Shown here piece by piece: positions 1 through 9,234 of a stretch of 64,000 bases of DNA. The notes beneath the pieces are model-generated. The model was given only the letters and a program-made list of their open reading frames with translations. It was not told where the DNA came from and did not search any database. Each line of letters begins with the position of its first letter. The first letter of the stretch is position 1. The translations under genes were made by a program, and so were the position numbers. Source of the stretch: Myxococcota bacterium (lineage in GTDB: Bacteria > Myxococcota_A > SURF-8); the NCBI GenBank assembly GCA_965140415.1, contig OZ223209.1, positions 3,840,001 through 3,904,000 on the forward strand. Direction: 5' to 3'.

Positions 1-1
1 A

Positions 2-3000
2 CACACCTTCGCCGCAATCGCCATTACCCTGGCAGCTCTGGCCGATGGGGTAACCTTCGTCGGCACTACCGTCGCAGTCGTTGTCCTGACCGTCGCAAAT
101 CTCAGTTCCGGATTGATCCTGGCTACCGCCGGCTTCGGTGGAGCAGACCACCTCTCCCGACGGGGTGCATTCCCACAGACCTGCACCGCAGATGCCCTCG
201 CCCTGGCAGGCTTCACCTACGCCGAGATTTTCATCGGTCTGGCCGTCGCAGTTGTCATCCAAGGCATTACAGAGTTCGGCCACGAATTGATAATCCGTAC
301 CGCCGGGGTTGCTGGAACAGATGGCGGTGTAGATGTTGATGCACTCGTACTGCCCCGTACCGCATTCTCCGGTTCCGTTACAGACCTGACCGATATTGAA
401 GTCTTCATCGGTTTGGCCGTCGCAGTCGTTATCTAGGTTGTCGCAGAGTTCGGGATTGGGTTGGTAGTCGCTGCCACCATAACTGGTCGAGCAGCGCGCA
501 CTGCTGGGAGAGGCGCATTCCCACATTCCCGCACCGCATTCGCCGACGCCGGTACAGGCCTGGCCAACCTGGAAATCTTCATCGGTTTCCCCATCGCAGT
601 CATTATCCAGATCGTCGCAGCGTTCCGCTTCGCTTCGATCTTCGCTGGCGCCGGGATTGCTGCTACATACCAGATCGCCAACCGGGGAACATTCGATACG
701 ACCGCTGCCGCAAGCACCCACGCCGATACAGATCTGTCCGACGCCCATACCTTCATCGGTCTGGCCGTCGCAGTCATCATCCTTACCGTTGCAGGATTCG
801 GACCGAACCTGAGACGCGCTTCCGCCGGGACCGGTGGAGCAACGAGAACTGGTAGAGGTGGCGCATTCATACATGCCGATGCCGCATTCTCCAGTGGGAT
901 CACAACTGTCGCCGATACTGAAGTCTTCATCCGTGGAGTTGTCGCAGTCGTTATCCAGGTCATCGCAGAGTTCCGACGTACCCAGGTAGCTCGATCCTCC
1001 CGGTCCTGTGGAGCAGACCAGCGAGAAGTCGTCTCCACATTCAGTCAGACCCTCGACATGTCTGCATTCGCCGGGAGCGAAGCAGACGGCACCTGTGGCA
1101 AATCCTTCATCGGTCAGCCCGTCGCAGTCGTCGTCTTTGTGGTTACACAGTTCGGGAATGCCGTCGTATTGCGAGCCGCCTGGATCGGTGGAACATTGAT
1201 AGCCGCCATCGGCAGCGCATTCGTAGAAACCGATACGGCAGGCACCGACACCATCGCAGGTGTCACCCAGCGGGAAGCCTTCGTCGGTCAGGCCATCGCA
1301 GTCGTTGTCCAGTCCGTCACAGCTTTCGACAACAGCAACGTAATCATCGCCACCGATATCGGTAGAGCACATCATTCCGCTGGGGTTGGACGGATCGCAT
1401 TGAATAACACCGGCTCCGCATTCCCCTTCGCCATCGCAGGCTTCGCCGGTAAGGAAGTCTTCATCGGTCAAGCCGTCGCAGTCGTTGTCCAGGTGATCGC
1501 AGAGTTCCGGCTGGTAGCTATATTCACTTCCGTTGATATCGGTGCTGCAAATAGCGGAAAGCAGGGAACTGTCGCACTCATATACGCCGATCCCGCAAGC
1601 GCCGACGCCATCACAGGATTGCCCCAGCTCCGGCCAGTCTTCGTCGATCTCCGTGTCGCAGTCGTCGTCCAGGTAGTTACAGAGTTCCTCGCTCGGATCG
1701 TATTGCGAACCACCCGGATCGGTGGAACAGCCGGACTGTGAACTGGTGTAGCATTCCATATACCCCGCACCACAGCCGCCGGAGCCCTGGCAAACGATGC
1801 GCTCGCCGGAACCGTCGTAAATACCGAAGCCTTCGTCAACCTGGCCATCGCAGTCGTCATCGAGATAGTTGCAGGTTTCCACCAGGCTGGGATTCCAGTC
1901 CGTGCCTCCGAAATCAACCGAACAGCGAATACCGCCGCTGCCATCACACTCATACACGCCGCTGCCGCATTCGCCGACACTCGTACAGGGATCGCCGATC
2001 CCCAGATCCTCATCGGTCAATCCGTCGCAGTCGTTATCCAATTCGTCGCATATTTCTTCCGTGCTGGCGTCTTGCGAACCGCCGATATCGGTGGAACAGA
2101 TTGCCCGACTGCTGTCGTTGGGGTCACACTCACGAGTTCCGGCTCCGCATTCGCCCACGCCGTTACAGGACAATCCCAGCGAGAAGCCTTCGTCGGTCTG
2201 GCCGTCGCAATCGTTGTCCAGTTCGTCGCAGATTTCATCCGTTCCGGCATAGGCGCTACCGCCGATATCCACCGAACAGCGGGTGGTGTAGAGCGAGGAA
2301 CATTCGATGAGTCCTTGGCCGCATTCGCCGACACCCGTACAACTATTACCAACACCGAATTCCGAATCGGTTTCGCCGTTGCAGTCGTCGTCGATTCCGT
2401 TACAGACTTCCTCGTTATTGCCGTATTGCGTCCCGCCCTCTTCCTTGGAACAGATGACCTGCTCGCAGTAGTAACGGTAGTTCGGGTCCGACTCGTTGCT
2501 GCAAGCACTGTTACTCAGATCCAGGTTCTGATTGCATTCCAGGAAGCCGTTTCCGCAAGCGCCGCCGGCGTCGCAGGTGTCGCCCAGTGTGGTAAAGTCC
2601 TCGTCGGTTTCGCCATCGCAGTCGTTATCCTGGTTGTCACAGATCTCTTCGCCAGCACTACTTGGATAGGCCGGGTTCGCCACGCAACCGGGTTCCGCCG
2701 GATCGCAGGCGCGGCATTGGCCCGGATTGGTCCAGATGTCGCAGTCGTCGTAGATGTAAGGCAGGTTGACCGAACAGATGCGATCGCTGGTTCCGTTGCA
2801 CCACCAGGAGCCGAAAGCGCTGCTGCAATCGCCGGTTCCGAAGCAACCCGAGTTGATGTTCCAGTCTTCATCGGTCTGGCCGTCGCAGTCGTCGTCCAAA
2901 TGGTTACAGCTTTCATCCGCCCCGCCGAAATCGGGATGCTCCGGCCATTCAGCCGAACAGATGATTGTGTTCTCGTCCAGGCAGACGTAAGTGCCGGTGC

Positions 3001-6000
3001 CGCATTCACCCGACGCCGTGCAAGTATAACCCAACGGACCGAAATCATCGTCGGGCGTGCCGTCGCAGTCATTATCCAGACCGTCGCAGATTTCCTGCGC
3101 CTGCTGATCTTCGGACTGGAAGGGATCGGTGGAGCAGGCACGCGCATAGATGCTGTCGAACTTGCATTCCCATACACCCTGACCGCATTCACCAACGCCG
3201 TCACAGAGTTGCCCGATCTGGAAATCTTCATCGGTCTGGCTGTCGCAGTCGTTGTCTTTATCGTCGCATTTTTCGCTCTGTCCGGCCCAGTCGCTACCGC
3301 CGTAGTTGACCGAACAGACGACCTGTTGATTGGTGCCACACTGGTATACGCCGGTTTCCGAACTGCATTCGCCGGTACCGGTGCATTCCACGCCCAGGTT
3401 CAAGCCATCATCGACATGACCGTTACAGTCGTCGTCTAACCCGTTGCAAAGTTCTTCCGGCGCCGGGTCCGGATATTCGGAACCGCCGATGTCGGTAGAG
3501 CAGAGCAGACCGCCGTCTGTGGCGCATTCGTACACGCCCAAACCACATTCGCCGATGCCGTCGCATTGCGCGCCAAGATCGTAATCTTCATCGGTCATGC
3601 CATCGCAGTCGTTGTCCAACTCGTCGCAAAGCTCGTCGTTCCCCGCGTATTCGCTGCCACCGATATCCACCGAGCAGCGAGCGGAGTTGATGTCCGCGCA
3701 TTCGTACAGACCCAGACCGCATTCGCCCACACCTTCGCAGGTTTCACCGATCAAGAAATCTTCATCGCTGTAACCGTCGCAGTCGTTATCCAACTCGTCG
3801 CAGGTTTCCTGAACGTCCTGGCGCTGCGAACCAAGCGGGTCGGTGGAGCATACGACTCCGCCTGGTGCCTGGCTGTTACATTCGTAGGTTCCCAATCCAC
3901 ATTCGCCGGTGCCGTCGCAAACCACGCCGATGCTGAAATCCTCATCCGTCAAACCGTCGCAGTCGTTGTCCTGGTTGTCACAGGTTTCCGGAGAACCTTC
4001 GTAATCGGGATGACCGGGCAAAGCGGAGGAGCAAATGTAGGTGGTATCCGTCTGGCAGACGTACACGCCCATTCCGCAGGGACCGGGACCATCGCACAAT
4101 TCGCCGATGTGGAAGTCTTCATCGGTCAAACCGTCGCAGTCGTCATCCAGGTTGTTGCAGATCTCTTCGCTGCCCGCCCAGTGATCGCCACCATAACTGG
4201 TGGAACACATACGGTCGGTTGGGCCGTCACATTGCCAGACGCCGTCCGGACATTCCCCCACGCCCGGACAGGTTTGTCCAAGCTCGAAATCCTCATCCGT
4301 ACTTCCATCGCAATCGTTGTCTCTGTCATCGCAAAGTTCATCACTGCCATCGTATTCACTGCCATCGGGATTGGTGGAGCAAGCGGTGCTATCTTCAGTA
4401 AGGCATTCGATAAGACCATAGCCGCATTCGCCGATACCGTCGCAGTTCACCCCGACGTTGAAGTCCTCGTCGGTATAGCCGTCGCAATCGTCGTCGAGAT
4501 TATTGCAGGTTTCCTGTGAGCCATCGTAAAAACTCCCGCCGATATCGGTGGAGCAGCGCGCGGTATTGGGTCCGTTGCATTCATACACTCCCTGACCGCA
4601 TTCGCCGACGCCTTCGCAATTTACGCCGATGCTGTAGTCTTCGTCCTTCTGTCCGTCGCAGTCGTTGTCGATGTTGTCGCACAGTTCATAGCTGCCATCG
4701 TATTCACTGCCGCCGATGTCGGTGGAGCAGATGGAACGATAGCCGTTGTTCGGGTCGCACTCGCGCAGGCCCTCGCCGCATGCACCGACACCGCTACAGG
4801 GTTGACCGACATTGAAGCCTTCGTCGGTCTGGCCGTCGCAGTCGTTGTCCAACTCGTCGCAGATTTCGGATACGGGCACGTAATCCGAACCACCGGGATT
4901 TGTGGAACAGCCGGTGATGTAATAGTTGAAACATTCCGTATGGCCCTGTCCGCATTCGCCGATACCGTCACAGCTCTGTCCAACAGAGAAGTCCTCATCG
5001 GTCTGACCGTCGCAGTCGTCGTCTATCTGGTTGCAGATTTCGTTCATCGCCTGGCTGTTACTGCCGTTTGGATCGGTGGAACAGATGGTGGCATGGAAGT
5101 CATTGGGATCGCATTCGATCACGCCCGTACCGCAACTACCCACACCATCGCAACCTGCACCGGTATCGAAGCCTTCGTCGATTTCATCGTTACAGTTGTT
5201 GTCGATGCCGTCACAGACTTCAGTGGGTGAAGGATAGTCACTGCCGCCCGGATCGGTGGAACAGCGATAGCTGGTGTCCCCGGCGCATTCGTAGCGGCCA
5301 TTGGGACAGTCCGCCGAACCGGTACAGGCATCGCCGATGGGCCAGTCTTCGTCGGTTTGGCCATCGCAGTCGTTGTCCAGTCCGTCGCAGATTTCCGCCT
5401 GGTTGGGGTAGTTGCTGCCGCCGATGTCGGTGGAGCAGATCGTGGCATTGACGTTGTTCGGGTCGCACTCGCGGTTTCCGATTCCGCATTCTCCGACACC
5501 CTCGCAGACTTGCGCAATCGGATAGCCTTCATCCGTATGCCCGTCGCAGTCGTTATCCTGCATGTCGCAGCGTTCCGGGAAATTGGGATAGGCGCTGCCG
5601 CCGATATCGGTGGAGCAGATCGTCTGGCTCGGGTTGTTCGAGTCGCATTCGACGACGCCAGAGCCGCAAGCCCCGATACCTTCGCAGGTTCCGCCCAGCG
5701 TGAAGGTTTCGTCGGTCTGTCCATCGCAGTCGTTATCCAGATCGTCGCAGACTTCCGTGCTGCCGCCGTATTCGCTGCCCCCCGGACCGGTGGAGCAACG
5801 GGTGGCGACTTCGCCATCGCATTCGATGACACCCGCACCGCATTCGCCCGGCGGTGTGCAGGGCGTACCCAGATTCAGACCATTATCCGTGTTGCCGTCG
5901 CAATCGTCGTCTAATCCGTTGCAGAGTTCGGCCTGATTCGGGTACTCGCTACCGCCGATGTCGGTGGAGCAGAGAATGGCGTTGTCGTTATTGGGATCGC

Positions 6001-6480
6001 ACTCGTAAATTCCCCCACCGCATTCGCCGACGCCTTCACAGGCATCGTTGACCGGGAAACCTTCGTCGGTGTATCCGTTGCAATCATCATCCAGGTTGTT
6101 GCAGCGTTCGGGATACATGATGTACTCACTGCCGCCGATATCGGTGGAACAACCGGAGCTCGTCGTGTCGAAACATTCAATCAAGCCTGCGCCGCATGCA
6201 CCGACTCCGTCACATACCTGTCCGATGTCGAAGCCTTCGTCGGTTTCGCCATCGCAGTCGTTGTCCATGTCATCGCAGATTTCTTCACTGCCGTCGTAGT
6301 TCGTTCCCTGCGGATCGGTAGAGCAAACGTAAAGAGACGGGTTGGTCGGATGGCACTGGAACACGCCAATGCTGCATGCCCCGATGCCGTCGCATTCATC
6401 ATCGATGGGATAGTCTTCGTCGGTCTGGCCGTCGCAGTCGTTGTCTTCATTGTCGCACTGTTCCACACCGTTGTTGCTAT
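2..6480 (-). repeat. ~36 tandem 58-60 aa Cys-rich repeats (E-x-C-D-x-x-D-N-D-C-D-G-x-T-D-E ... C-S-T-D-I-G-G-S)
   Basis: A gtcgcagtcgtt-like core recurs every 174-180 nt, with an irregular unit at ~2400-2880. Confidence 0.9.
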
Positions 6481-8884
6481 ATTCACAGTAGTACTCGCAG
6501 TCGGCAGGATTGTCGTCGAGATCGTGGTAGTTTTCCGGGCAATCCTGACCGCGTCCCGTCAGCGTGATCGTCGCCACGGGAGTGTCGAAGTCGTTGGAGT
6601 AAATCTGCACTCTGCCAGAGTAGTCGGTAATCTCCGATGGCAAAAAGGACACACCGAAAGACAAAAACGTCTGGCTGGTGTCGTTGTCGATGTCGTAGGG
6701 CAGGCTGCCGCCGACTTCGGTAATAAAGAATTCCGTACCTTCACCGTTATCCATTTCGATTTCGATCTGGCTAACTCGCAGTGCGCCTTGTCCGGTGTTG
6801 CTGATAAAGAATTCCATCGGACCGACGGTGACCCCGACATTGGGACTGCCGAAATCGTAGGTGGTAAAGGGTAGTATCTGGATGTTCGGATTGATACCCA
6901 CGCCGGACAGGTTCAGTTGTGTTTCCCGCGCCAGTGGATCGTTGGAGGTAATCGTCAAATCAACGCTGTCCACGCCCGGAGGCAACTGCGGCTCGTAAAT
7001 AAGCGTCAGGGTTTCGGTCGCCATTGGTTCGACCGCCGGAAAGGGATCGGGCGAGAAAGAAAACGCCGTCTGGGTGTCGGGCGCGAAGTCGAACGGCTCC
7101 AATATCAGCGGCACTTCACCTTCATTGGAAACCAGTAGCTGGATCTGGTTTTGCCCGCCGATCACGACCGTGTCGAAATAAAGCGAATCTTCCAGCGTTT
7201 CACCATCGGCGCGCGCAAGATCCAGAGTCGGCGCTGCGCCCTGACCGGACAAACTGATATCCAGTGACGGCACCACCGGATCGCCGGTAACGATTTCCAG
7301 ATTGGCCGCTTTGGCGGCGCGTTCCGTCGGAGTGTATTGAACGCGCACAATCGCCTGGTTGCCTACGCCGAGTGTCGGCATAAAGGCCAGGTCGTCGGGG
7401 TGGATGCTGAATTCGGCATCGCCGGTTAAGTTGTATTCCAGCACTTCCAGCAGGGTGGTGGAGGTGTTGGTGATCGTCAAATTCATGGTTTTCGTGGTGA
7501 AAACCGGCACGGAGTCGAATTGCAACGTACTGGTGGAAATAGTCCAGGTCGGGTTGACCCCTTCACCGGTACAGATAATGTCGATATTCTGCTGCGGGTA
7601 GAAATTTCCCCGCAGCCCCAAGGTGATTTCATCGATGCCGACGTTGGTGGGCTGATAGCTCACCTTTAAGTGAATGCTTTGCTCGTTTCCAAAAGGTATA
7701 CCGATTGCACCATTGGAGTCATAGGAGAATTCGCCGTCCGTATCTCCCGCAATGACCACCTCATCCAGCACGGCATCCGCTTCGCCGTGATTCGTAATGA
7801 TCAAGGTCTTTTCGGTGCTGCTGTCTAGGATTTTGCGTCCGAAGGCAAGTTCCGTTTCGGACAACTCGATCTGGGCGGCGACACCCTTTCCCAGAATATC
7901 CACGGTTCCCTGCGCGTCAAGCGAGGAAGACTCGAACAGCAGGCGATCGGAGAAATCGTCCAGACTCTGCGGATCGAACACGATGACAACCTGGAATTCC
8001 TGGCCGGGTTGCAGCATGTGGGTTGCGCTTGGATCGAAACCGGATTCGAAGCTGAACGGACCCTGGCCGTCTTGCAACGAGAAGGGACCGAGTTGGATTA
8101 CGGCGTTGGAACCGGGCAGAGTGAAATTGGTAAAGCGAATTCCGGCGGAAAGTGCGGCAGGCTCCAGAATGTCTTTGCCGCCGAAGTCGAGTTGGCGCGG
8201 CACGATTTCCAGGCTCGGCGTACCTTGATAGGTCGTGCGGATCGTCACGTTCACCGTGTTGGCGTCCGGGTCATTGCTGGTGATGATCAACTGGCATTCA
8301 TCCACGCCGGGATCGAGCATGGTGTAGTTTAAAATCAGGTTCTGGGTATTGCCGGGATTGATGACCATGCCACTGGTCAAGTCCGTTACCACGCCCAGTT
8401 CTTCGGTACAGTTGGCGTCGTAAACGGCGGAGAGAATCACCAGCGGCGCTTCACCCAGGTTGCGAATGGGCAGAGCGGCGGTGATAGACTGGTTCAACTG
8501 CGTCATCTCAAAGGTCAGCAGCGCGGGAACATCGATCTGCGGGTACGTATTGGGAGGCCAGTCGTCATCGCCATCGATCACGTTGTCGCCATCGCCATCC
8601 ACCGGCGTATCGCCATCAATGGGCTTGTCGCCATCGATGACAACGTCATCCTGATCGCCAGCCGGTTCCAGATCGAGATCGGTGAGCGTATCGTCATCTC
8701 CATCGACAGGAGGAGTATCGTCGCCGTCATAGGGTGGCCATACAATGCCGTTGTCGCCATCTACCTGGTTCCGATCCTGATCCGCAGGCAGCAAAGGATC
8801 GTCCGATTCGAAGCAACTCGAAATCGTCAGCATGGCAAAAAAGAGCATTCCCAGCAGGGGAAGCAAATGTTTCAAACGTGGCAT
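2..8884 (-). CDS. Giant lipoprotein/adhesin-like protein (>2,960 aa, 3' end outside window): lipobox, DGD linker, ~6 ASH/choice-of-anchor-D Ig-like domains, ~36 MopE-like Cys-rich repeats
   Basis: ATG at 8884 after GGAGG. Reads MPRLKHLLPLLGMLFFAMLTISSC-FESDD. The same frame reads CQGNGDCGEGV at the left edge. An internal stop would have produced an entry in the ORF track, and there is none. ASH-type segments (NLGEAPLVI...ITSNDP; PSLEIVPRQLDFG) lie at ~8550-6580, followed by the CxxxDNDCDGxTDE motif. Confidence 0.9.
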   Translation of the reverse strand, partial: MPRLKHLLPLLGMLFFAMLTISSCFESDDPLLPADQDRNQVDGDNGIVWPPYDGDDTPPVDGDDDTLTDLDLEPAGDQDDVVIDGDKPIDGDTPVDGDGDNVIDGDDDWPPNTYPQIDVPALLTFEMTQLNQSITAALPIRNLGEAPLVILSAVYDANCTEELGVVTDLTSGMVINPGNTQNLILNYTMLDPGVDECQLIITSNDPDANTVNVTIRTTYQGTPSLEIVPRQLDFGGKDILEPAALSAGIRFTNFTLPGSNAVIQLGPFSLQDGQGPFSFESGFDPSATHMLQPGQEFQVVIVFDPQSLDDFSDRLLFESSSLDAQGTVDILGKGVAAQIELSETELAFGRKILDSSTEKTLIITNHGEADAVLDEVVIAGDTDGEFSYDSNGAIGIPFGNEQSIHLKVSYQPTNVGIDEITLGLRGNFYPQQNIDIICTGEGVNPTWTISTSTLQFDSVPVFTTKTMNLTITNTSTTLLEVLEYNLTGDAEFSIHPDDLAFMPTLGVGNQAIVRVQYTPTERAAKAANLEIVTGDPVVPSLDISLSGQGAAPTLDLARADGETLEDSLYFDTVVIGGQNQIQLLVSNEGEVPLILEPFDFAPDTQTAFSFSPDPFPAVEPMATETLTLIYEPQLPPGVDSVDLTITSNDPLARETQLNLSGVGINPNIQILPFTTYDFGSPNVGVTVGPMEFFISNTGQGALRVSQIEIEMDNGEGTEFFITEVGGSLPYDIDNDTSQTFLSFGVSFLPSEITDYSGRVQIYSNDFDTPVATITLTGRGQDCPENYHDLDDNPADCEYYCEYSNNGVEQCDNEDNDCDGQTDEDYPIDDECDGIGACSIGVFQCHPTNPSLYVCSTDPQGTNYDGSEEICDDMDNDCDGETDEGFDIGQVCDGVGACGAGLIECFDTTSSGCSTDIGGSEYIMYPERCNNLDDDCNGYTDEGFPVNDACEGVGECGGGIYECDPNNDNAILCSTDIGGSEYPNQAELCNGLDDDCDGNTDNGLNLGTPCTPPGECGAGVIECDGEVATRCSTGPGGSEYGGSTEVCDDLDNDCDGQTDETFTLGGTCEGIGACGSGVVECDSNNPSQTICSTDIGGSAYPNFPERCDMQDNDCDGHTDEGYPIAQVCEGVGECGIGNRECDPNNVNATICSTDIGGSNYPNQAEICDGLDNDCDGQTDEDWPIGDACTGSADCPNGRYECAGDTSYRCSTDPGGSDYPSPTEVCDGIDNNCNDEIDEGFDTGAGCDGVGSCGTGVIECDPNDFHATICSTDPNGSNSQAMNEICNQIDDDCDGQTDEDFSVGQSCDGIGECGQGHTECFNYYITGCSTNPGGSDYVPVSEICDELDNDCDGQTDEGFNVGQPCSGVGACGEGLRECDPNNGYRSICSTDIGGSEYDGSYELCDNIDNDCDGQKDEDYSIGVNCEGVGECGQGVYECNGPNTARCSTDIGGSFYDGSQETCNNLDDDCDGYTDEDFNVGVNCDGIGECGYGLIECLTEDSTACSTNPDGSEYDGSDELCDDRDNDCDGSTDEDFELGQTCPGVGECPDGVWQCDGPTDRMCSTSYGGDHWAGSEEICNNLDDDCDGLTDEDFHIGELCDGPGPCGMGVYVCQTDTTYICSSALPGHPDYEGSPETCDNQDNDCDGLTDEDFSIGVVCDGTGECGLGTYECNSQAPGGVVCSTDPLGSQRQDVQETCDELDNDCDGYSDEDFLIGETCEGVGECGLGLYECADINSARCSVDIGGSEYAGNDELCDELDNDCDGMTDEDYDLGAQCDGIGECGLGVYECATDGGLLCSTDIGGSEYPDPAPEELCNGLDDDCNGHVDDGLNLGVECTGTGECSSETGVYQCGTNQQVVCSVNYGGSDWAGQSEKCDDKDNDCDSQTDEDFQIGQLCDGVGECGQGVWECKFDSIYARACSTDPFQSEDQQAQEICDGLDNDCDGTPDDDFGPLGYTCTASGECGTGTYVCLDENTIICSAEWPEHPDFGGADESCNHLDDDCDGQTDEDWNINSGCFGTGDCSSAFGSWWCNGTSDRICSVNLPYIYDDCDIWTNPGQCRACDPAEPGCVANPAYPSSAGEEICDNQDNDCDGETDEDFTTLGDTCDAGGACGNGFLECNQNLDLSNSACSNESDPNYRYYCEQVICSKEEGGTQYGNNEEVCNGIDDDCNGETDSEFGVGNSCTGVGECGQGLIECSSLYTTRCSVDIGGSAYAGTDEICDELDNDCDGQTDEGFSLGLSCNGVGECGAGTRECDPNDSSRAICSTDIGGSQDASTEEICDELDNDCDGLTDEDLGIGDPCTSVGECGSGVYECDGSGGIRCSVDFGGTDWNPSLVETCNYLDDDCDGQVDEGFGIYDGSGERIVCQGSGGCGAGYMECYTSSQSGCSTDPGGSQYDPSEELCNYLDDDCDTEIDEDWPELGQSCDGVGACGIGVYECDSSLLSAICSTDINGSEYSYQPELCDHLDNDCDGLTDEDFLTGEACDGEGECGAGVIQCDPSNPSGMMCSTDIGGDDYVAVVESCDGLDNDCDGLTDEGFPLGDTCDGVGACRIGFYECAADGGYQCSTDPGGSQYDGIPELCNHKDDDCDGLTDEGFATGAVCFAPGECRHVEGLTECGDDFSLVCSTGPGGSSYLGTSELCDDLDNDCDNSTDEDFSIGDSCDPTGECGIGMYECATSTSSRCSTGPGGSASQVRSESCNGKDDDCDGQTDEGMGVGQICIGVGACGSGRIECSPVGDLVCSSNPGASEDRSEAERCDDLDNDCDGETDEDFQVGQACTGVGECGAGMWECASPSSARCSTSYGGSDYQPNPELCDNLDNDCDGQTDEDFNIGQVCNGTGECGTGQYECINIYTAICSSNPGGTDYQFVAELCNALDDNCDGQTDENLGVGEACQGEGICGAGLWECTPSGEVVCSTEAGGSQDQSGTEICDGQDNDCDGSADEGYPIGQSCQGNGDCGEGV

Positions 8885-9080
8885 GGTCGAATCCTCCAGT
8901 CGGCCTGTCGGCGCAAAGCGGCCCGGAAAAGGAACGTGAGATCGTTGCATCATTTGTCGGTTCTCATCTGTAGGGTCGTTTTCGCTTGGCGCTCATAAAC
9001 CATGTATTAAACGTGACACCTGCCCAAGCGAGTCCCTATCGAAGCGAACGGGTTTTCTAGTGTCTTAAAATCCTATTGTG

Positions 9081-9109
9081 ATTGTAAAGGTTTAGGGGAA
9101 AGGTGTCAA
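9081..9109 (-). promoter_or_regulatory. sigma70-type promoter for the giant gene
   Basis: TTGACA-17 nt-TACAAT on the minus strand. Confidence 0.7.
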
Positions 9110-9169
9110 GGTAGCCGGAGAGAGAAAAATCTCGGTTTACAGGCACGTCAGAAATCTCGGATGTGGGTT

Positions 9170-9207
9170 AACAAAACAAGGGAGACAGCCAATGCCATCT
9201 CCCTTGT
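9170..9207 (-). terminator. Intrinsic terminator after the C1A/FGE gene
   Basis: ACAAGGGAGA...TCTCCCTTGT stem followed by TTTGTT on the minus strand. Confidence 0.6.
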
Positions 9208-9234
9208 GTGCCTTAACGTAACCGTATGATAATA

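Noticed and set aside
113-8973. Many 100-450 aa ORFs in the track (e.g. 461..1741, 2072..3439, 3566..4519)
   Set aside because: These are antisense or off-frame shadows of the giant minus-strand repeat gene; AVAVVV is the reverse reading of DNDCDG.
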